DNA of 61,436 bases from a virus. The first letter of the stretch is position 1. Each line of letters begins with the position of its first letter. Location: UHGV virus genome UHGV-0213688, one strand, 5' to 3'. The position numbers and the translations under genes are program-made. Positions 56,725-61,436 of the stretch are shown here, piece by piece. The notes under the pieces were generated by a model that worked only from the letters and a program-made list of their open reading frames with translations, had not been told where the DNA came from and searched no databases.

Positions 56725-56910
56725 ATGGCTAAAGCAGCAAAAGGTTATCGACAGACCTTTAAATTGATAGGCGGACCGTGGGACGGGCAGAAGGTGCAAT
56801 TATATAGCGCTGGAACGCTGGAATTTTCAGTGAAAAGCTTCGACTCACGTCCAGGGCGCTATGTACCCACGGGCAATAATTATAATCTAATTTGGGAGTT
56901 TGCTAAATAA
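56725..56910 (+). CDS. hypothetical small protein
   Basis: 61 aa; AAGGAG RBS. Confidence 0.45.
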   Translation: MAKAAKGYRQTFKLIGGPWDGQKVQLYSAGTLEFSVKSFDSRPGRYVPTGNNYNLIWEFAK

Positions 56911-57117
56911 ATGAATGAATATGTGGTTATGTATTTTGTGATTGGCGCAATTGTTGCAGCAATGACTTATTTCTTTTGTTGGAATAACTATGACTATGCG
57001 CTAGCCCATAAGAAACGTTGGGAGAAGATTGTGGGTCTTCTATGTATACTCGCTTGCTGGCCAGTCACTATTATTGCGACTGCGTATGATCAATACATGT
57101 ACAGGAGACGCAAATGA
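56911..57117 (+). CDS. small membrane protein
   Basis: 68 aa, two hydrophobic helices. Confidence 0.45.
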   Translation: MNEYVVMYFVIGAIVAAMTYFFCWNNYDYALAHKKRWEKIVGLLCILACWPVTIIATAYDQYMYRRRK

Positions 57118-57395
57118 TGGAATATCTATTAGTTGTCGTTGCGCTATTTCTAATCATTGTTGTTATAATGACCGGAGATAGTAATGAGAAGGGCTTTACA
57201 GCAATGAGCAGGGCGTTATTACGCGCCCTTGCTGTAGCACTACTTGGGACCAGCTTTGCTATGGCGTTTGGGATTGTAGACATCCCTAGCACCTATTATG
57301 GCTTTGTTAAAGTTCAACACCAACTTACTTATGCTACCGTCGTCGGATTGGGTGCTGTAACACTTGCAATCCTGTCAGCTTTTCATAAGCGTTAA
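57114..57395 (+). CDS. small membrane protein
   Basis: 93 aa, three hydrophobic segments; AGGAG RBS. Confidence 0.5.
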   Translation: MMEYLLVVVALFLIIVVIMTGDSNEKGFTAMSRALLRALAVALLGTSFAMAFGIVDIPSTYYGFVKVQHQLTYATVVGLGAVTLAILSAFHKR

Positions 57396-57396
57396 A

Positions 57397-57429
57397 CAAA
57401 AAGGGGCTCTAGCGGCCCCTTTTCTCTTC
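57397..57429. terminator. bidirectional rho-independent terminator
   Basis: AAAGGGGC-TCTAGCG-GCCCCTTT with A-run upstream and T-rich run downstream; between convergent genes. Confidence 0.65.
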
Positions 57430-57633
57430 TTAGAATATACGAAAGAAAGCACCGTATGGGTATACGCCAAAAGTATTGAAAACAGGCGGTGCAAAAGCAT
57501 TTACAAACACAGGAGTTGGCGCTACTGGTTGAAAAGTTTTGCAATTACACGCTGCTTGAGCCAATTGCCCCTGAAGTATACCTGCTTGTGTTGCAGGACT
57601 GCCTAGACAGCAACGGTTAGTATTACCACACAT
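57430..57633 (-). CDS. small Cys-rich protein (67 aa)
   Basis: AAGGAGG 7 nt upstream of ATG 57633; MCGNTNRCC...CNC; last gene before terminator. Confidence 0.45.
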   Translation of the reverse strand: MCGNTNRCCLGSPATQAGILQGQLAQAACNCKTFQPVAPTPVFVNAFAPPVFNTFGVYPYGAFFRIF

Positions 57634-57644
57634 AGTAGACCTCC

Positions 57645-57929
57645 TTAAAGGTCGCTTTCGTTATCCTGCTTGGAACTGGGCTTTTCGGCTTCAATCATCC
57701 CAAGTACCGCAATAACTTTAACAGCAATACGCTGAGCCAGACTGATTTGCTGCTGTGTTAATTTTCCGGTCGACACCACAGTCATTAATCCGCTTAAGTT
57801 TCCAAGAGACTTGAAATCACTGAATGCGGATTTCATAATAGTAAGTTGATCATGACCTTCATCAGCTATAACATGAGCACGAATAGAAAGTCCTTCAACA
57901 ACTTTATCAATACCTTCATTCTTCGTCAT
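57645..57929 (-). CDS. hypothetical protein
   Basis: 94 aa ORF, overlaps upstream gene by 14 nt. Confidence 0.5.
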   Translation of the reverse strand: MTKNEGIDKVVEGLSIRAHVIADEGHDQLTIMKSAFSDFKSLGNLSGLMTVVSTGKLTQQQISLAQRIAVKVIAVLGMIEAEKPSSKQDNESDL

Positions 57930-58446
57930 TTGGTTTTACCTTCTGCTCCGGTTTCTGAGGGACCGTTTGAGCGGTCTTTGGCTGCAACACTTCCTGATCA
58001 ATCATTGGTGGCCACGGACTAATATGTTCGCGGGCTTCTACAGGTTGCTCCGGTTGCACGCCAAGAAACTTATTAATAAAATCACCTGCAAAGTCTGTAC
58101 CATCGCTGACGTAAACGTGCATACGATCAAGATCAGACTGACTAATGGAGTTTGGAGCGATCGTGATTTTAAACTGGTGGAAGCCGACATACATCACATT
58201 CACGGGTCGTTCGATAGTGCCCGGCGTAGGCGGTATCACTCCCATAATCCAACAGTAATGAACCCTTCCATCGCCCATAGGTTCACAGCCAGCATTAAGC
58301 CAGCTAACCTTCTGGTGTGGGAACATGGTAGTTGAATCGGTAGCGTCCCGACGTAACGTCCAATCAACACCGCCCATGTTGATGGAGTTTTTCGGTTTCA
58401 TCCCGTTGAACTGGGTTACGCCCATTCCTGCGTTTACGTTTTGCAT
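57916..58446 (-). CDS. hypothetical protein
   Basis: 176 aa ORF. Confidence 0.5.
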   Translation of the reverse strand: MQNVNAGMGVTQFNGMKPKNSINMGGVDWTLRRDATDSTTMFPHQKVSWLNAGCEPMGDGRVHYCWIMGVIPPTPGTIERPVNVMYVGFHQFKITIAPNSISQSDLDRMHVYVSDGTDFAGDFINKFLGVQPEQPVEAREHISPWPPMIDQEVLQPKTAQTVPQKPEQKVKPNDEE

Positions 58447-58461
58447 GTCGGCTTCCTATTC

Positions 58462-58830
58462 TTACATATCTTTCATTTTTTGAAGAGCGCAAGTACAAGC
58501 TGCGGCAAGATCAGTCAACTCTTTCATGATCCCTGCGAGGTCGCCTTCTTTCTTACACTCCATTAATTCGCGGTATTCCATTTCAACAATGGACATCATA
58601 CCGCCGGGCTTGTCGTGGTACGCCGCCCACGTATGCGGAGGTTCTTCCATCCGGTCAAGAACATTTGACATAGCTGCCATATGTTCATGATCTCGAGCAT
58701 AAGAGTGAGCATGTTTATATTCCTCTTTCTCATGTTCATGGTGGTGCTCGCCTACGCTAATGCGAGGTAAAGCAACCTTAGGCAATTTGACCCGTGGTAT
58801 TCCCATCGTTGCGATTTTAATGTGGCTCAT
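58462..58830 (-). CDS. His-rich protein, possible MazG-like NTP pyrophosphohydrolase
   Basis: AGAGGT RBS; HHHEHEKEEYKHAH stretch; EMEYRELMECKKEGD...ELTDLAAACTCAL resembles the MazG/HisE E-rich helix pair. Confidence 0.4.
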   Translation of the reverse strand: MSHIKIATMGIPRVKLPKVALPRISVGEHHHEHEKEEYKHAHSYARDHEHMAAMSNVLDRMEEPPHTWAAYHDKPGGMMSIVEMEYRELMECKKEGDLAGIMKELTDLAAACTCALQKMKDM

Positions 58831-58901
58831 GATAGTACCTCTGTTAAAAGCGCCCCAAGCGGAGGAGCGAAAGGCGCTTTAGTTTAACCACACTTCAACG
58901 A

Positions 58902-59609
58902 TTAGCAGCAGCCAGTCGGAGGAGTTGGAGGAGTTGGCAGTTTAAAGTTAACTAACTGCTCAACCTGATTGATCTTACAAGTAAGACCAGCCGTCTGTGC
59001 CAACTGGGAGTTTGCAAAGCGAGCTTCCTGCAACTGAGATTTCAGGTCACAGATCAGAACTGCTTGCGCCTGCGCGTGCTGGTCACGGATTAGCGCACGG
59101 GTAGCTTCAGCTTGACGCTCGATGTTCAGGTTGGTTTCGCAGCAACACTTCTGAGCTTCTAACTGTGCTTGGAAAGAACGGGTGATGTTAGCTGCTTCGT
59201 TGCTACACAGAGCCGCGAGCACTTGGCTGGTGCTACCCTGAATTTGAGTGTTGAGACCGGCAAAGCCCTGAACGGAAGCCAGCATGTTCTGAGTGTTCTG
59301 CTGAGTGATGCCGTTATAGGTAGAAGCAGCGGAGCGCTCAACAGTCAGGTTAGTACCGTTCTGCCCCTGAATGGTCTGAAGAGTACCGTTGTTGATAGCT
59401 TGCAGAATTGCGTTGGTGTCAACAGAAGCTTGCACTTCCACCGGACCAGCGAAGTTACCGCGACCACCCCAACCACCATTGCCGCCCCAACCGTTACCGA
59501 TCCAGGAACCAATCAAACCACCGATTGCACCACCGATACCAGCCGCACCAGCTTCACCGCCGAAACCGTCGCCACCGAGATTAGTAGGTAAAAGAGTCAT
59601 GTCAGACAT
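58902..59609 (-). CDS. glycine-rich protein with Cys-rich C-terminus
   Basis: ORF 58902..59738 begins at TTG; preferred ATG 59609 (MSDMTLLP); N-terminal GGDGFGGEAGAAGIGGAIGGLIGSWIGNGWGGNGGWGGRG; Gln/Asn/Thr-rich middle; CCCET and terminal GCC. Confidence 0.5.
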   Translation of the reverse strand: MSDMTLLPTNLGGDGFGGEAGAAGIGGAIGGLIGSWIGNGWGGNGGWGGRGNFAGPVEVQASVDTNAILQAINNGTLQTIQGQNGTNLTVERSAASTYNGITQQNTQNMLASVQGFAGLNTQIQGSTSQVLAALCSNEAANITRSFQAQLEAQKCCCETNLNIERQAEATRALIRDQHAQAQAVLICDLKSQLQEARFANSQLAQTAGLTCKINQVEQLVNFKLPTPPTPPTGCC

Positions 59610-59739
59610 AGGAAAATCTCCATATATGGATTTGTTAAGCGGATGTAACCAACTGGTTACGAAGTAAAGCATACCCCTTAACACGATTTTTACAATCATC
59701 CAAATGTAAAGATTTTGTAAATTAGGATTGACAGTCAAT

Positions 59740-59764
59740 AAAAAAGCGCGCCCGAAGACGCGCT
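59740..59764 (-). terminator. rho-independent terminator downstream of tail fibre gene (minus strand)
   Basis: minus-strand RNA forms AGCGCG-UCUUCGGG-CGCGCU followed by UUUUUU. Confidence 0.65.
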
Positions 59765-59781
59765 GTTGAAGTTAGATGTGG

Positions 59782-61383
59782 TTATGGAAGGTTAGTTTGT
59801 TGTGAACCATTCGCTTCTTTTAATGCAGCAAGTTCTGTTTCCAATTTCTCCACCTTTTCCATCAAAGCAAGAATTGCTTCATGATGCAAAGCGGCAGCAA
59901 CACCATAAGTATCTACACCCTTAACGTCGGAGATCACCTCATTACCACGTAAAGTCATGGAGCCCGCATTGAAGACAGCATCTGGGAATACTTTCTCCAC
60001 ATCCTGGGCAATGAAGCCATAGTTAACCTTAGAGTTGTCATGCTTGACACGCCACGATACACCCTTAATGGAGCGCATAGCGCCAAGAGGGTTAGGGATA
60101 CGTGTAATATCTTCCTTGATACGCTCGTCAGAAGAAGTGCTCCACCCACCCGAACATACAGCATTACCACCCTTCAAGAACTGGAAATACCTCTGAGTAT
60201 CAACACCACCAGACGAAGTGGTCATTAAGGTAATATCGCCCTTCCGTTCGGAGTAGACTCGCGCATATACTGTATCATCTGGTGAGACGAAGTCCAAAAA
60301 CCCTTCGATATCACTACCACGACCCACGATACGCATAAAACTACCCCTGGAACGTATGAGGCCAGGTACATTTAAGTCACCATCATCGCCGAAGTCAAAG
60401 TTCTGAGTAGTACCTAGAGTAGCGTTGTACACTGATACACGGGCCGCATACGTAGAACCTATCGTACCGACCATACGGAAATCTGCGGAACCATTCAACT
60501 GACTACCAACACGGTACTCACTTATAACACGGCCACCAGTAACAAATGTTGTTGCGGGCGGTAGTGTGGAATCACTGTTTATCACAGACCATGACGTATT
60601 CGCGGCAATGAACCCACCAGATGCACGTATAACCCAGACGCCGACGAAGTTGCGGCCCATAATCTCGTCAGTTGATGCTCCGTAAATTGGACTCGAGCGT
60701 GAAGCGTTAAAATTACATGTGTTATAGCGACCTGCTATTGCTTTTGTACCTCCAGGGATTGCATCACCCCCGCTATCATCAGGGAATATGCTATTGTCGG
60801 AATAAAATGCACCATGAGATGTGCCAATAGCCTGCGCGTAACTCCCACTGGAATAAGTGGTAAAATAACCTGTAATATTTGGTGCAGCTGATTCAAATAC
60901 TTGTCCGTTTGCACTACTAACGCCGCCATCACCACGACCATAAAGCGCTCTGACTGATCCTTCTTGAACACCGTTTTTATCGGGGACACGAAAAGTTGTT
61001 GCTCCGTCACCCTTAGAATATTTGCCGCGCTGGAATTTATCAGCCAGCCATTCAGAATCATCTATAGCGCCCACCATTTGAGCGTAATTCCATAATTCAG
61101 GCCAGTCAGCGCGATTAAGCAATTGACCGTCAGCGACCACTTCATACGGTTGTATATATGCACGACTATCCCGAAGATGGAAATCCCCTACCCCGTAATT
61201 CATCACCCCGTTCATTGTTGGACCAACTGTACCTGTGTTAATCAGGTTCTCTACCCAACGTTTAGTTGTTGCATCATAATCGCTAACTGGGTCCCCAGCT
61301 AAGGGTGTAGACCCAATTGGTCGAACGTTTAACCACGCAGCAGCACGGTCCGCAAGATCAGATAGGTTATTACTTTTATCCAT
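59782..61383 (-). CDS. tail fibre / tailspike protein with C-terminal intramolecular chaperone (S74-like self-cleaving) domain
   Basis: 533 aa; C-terminus SSDERIKEDITRIP...GFIAQDVEKVFPDAV... then coiled-coil ETELAALKEANG matches the endosialidase/L-shaped-fibre chaperone domain signature. Confidence 0.7.
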   Translation of the reverse strand: MDKSNNLSDLADRAAAWLNVRPIGSTPLAGDPVSDYDATTKRWVENLINTGTVGPTMNGVMNYGVGDFHLRDSRAYIQPYEVVADGQLLNRADWPELWNYAQMVGAIDDSEWLADKFQRGKYSKGDGATTFRVPDKNGVQEGSVRALYGRGDGGVSSANGQVFESAAPNITGYFTTYSSGSYAQAIGTSHGAFYSDNSIFPDDSGGDAIPGGTKAIAGRYNTCNFNASRSSPIYGASTDEIMGRNFVGVWVIRASGGFIAANTSWSVINSDSTLPPATTFVTGGRVISEYRVGSQLNGSADFRMVGTIGSTYAARVSVYNATLGTTQNFDFGDDGDLNVPGLIRSRGSFMRIVGRGSDIEGFLDFVSPDDTVYARVYSERKGDITLMTTSSGGVDTQRYFQFLKGGNAVCSGGWSTSSDERIKEDITRIPNPLGAMRSIKGVSWRVKHDNSKVNYGFIAQDVEKVFPDAVFNAGSMTLRGNEVISDVKGVDTYGVAAALHHEAILALMEKVEKLETELAALKEANGSQQTNLP

Positions 61384-61436
61384 CTTTTCGGATTTAAGCT
61401 TTGTAATGTCCTGAGGGATATTAGTACAAGTAGTCA

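Noticed and set aside
58902-59738. Full-length 278-aa form of the Gly-rich protein starting at TTG 59738
   Set aside because: The first 43 codons overlap the tail-fibre terminator and promoter region and have no RBS. ATG 59609 with GGAG upstream is the preferred start.
1-61436. CRISPR array, integrase, repressor or transposase
   Set aside because: No regular repeat-spacer array and no tyrosine/serine recombinase or IS-like signatures seen. The element looks like a virulent phage rather than a prophage or mobile island.

Overview
This window reads as a near-complete tailed-phage genome (siphovirus-like), with no integrase or repressor seen. Nothing here was searched against a database; all calls come from reading the sequence and ORF track by eye. 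Layout: a minus-strand block (55-28364) carries a tail fibre, tail tip and minor tail proteins, tape measure, tail chaperone with a -1 frameshift, major tail, head-tail joining proteins, capsid, scaffold, portal, terminase, a lysis cassette and many small genes. A plus-strand block (28588-57395) carries replication and nucleotide-metabolism genes. A final minus-strand block (57430-61383) ends in a second tail fibre. The most interesting content is a 7-deazaguanine DNA-modification module at 46603-52265: queE, queC, a YhhQ-like transporter, queD, folE and a dpdA-like transglycosylase, with several unknown genes interleaved. The queC is a plain 240-aa form with no amidotransferase domain and there is no queF, which points to preQ0 rather than archaeosine in the DNA. 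Other notable features are an iteron-rich AT-rich non-coding region (30700-31242), a twice-repeated promoter element, an AT-poor-to-AT-rich moron island (34880-36400), a protease-like gene pair, and a Gly-rich/Cys-rich gene pair near the second tail fibre.
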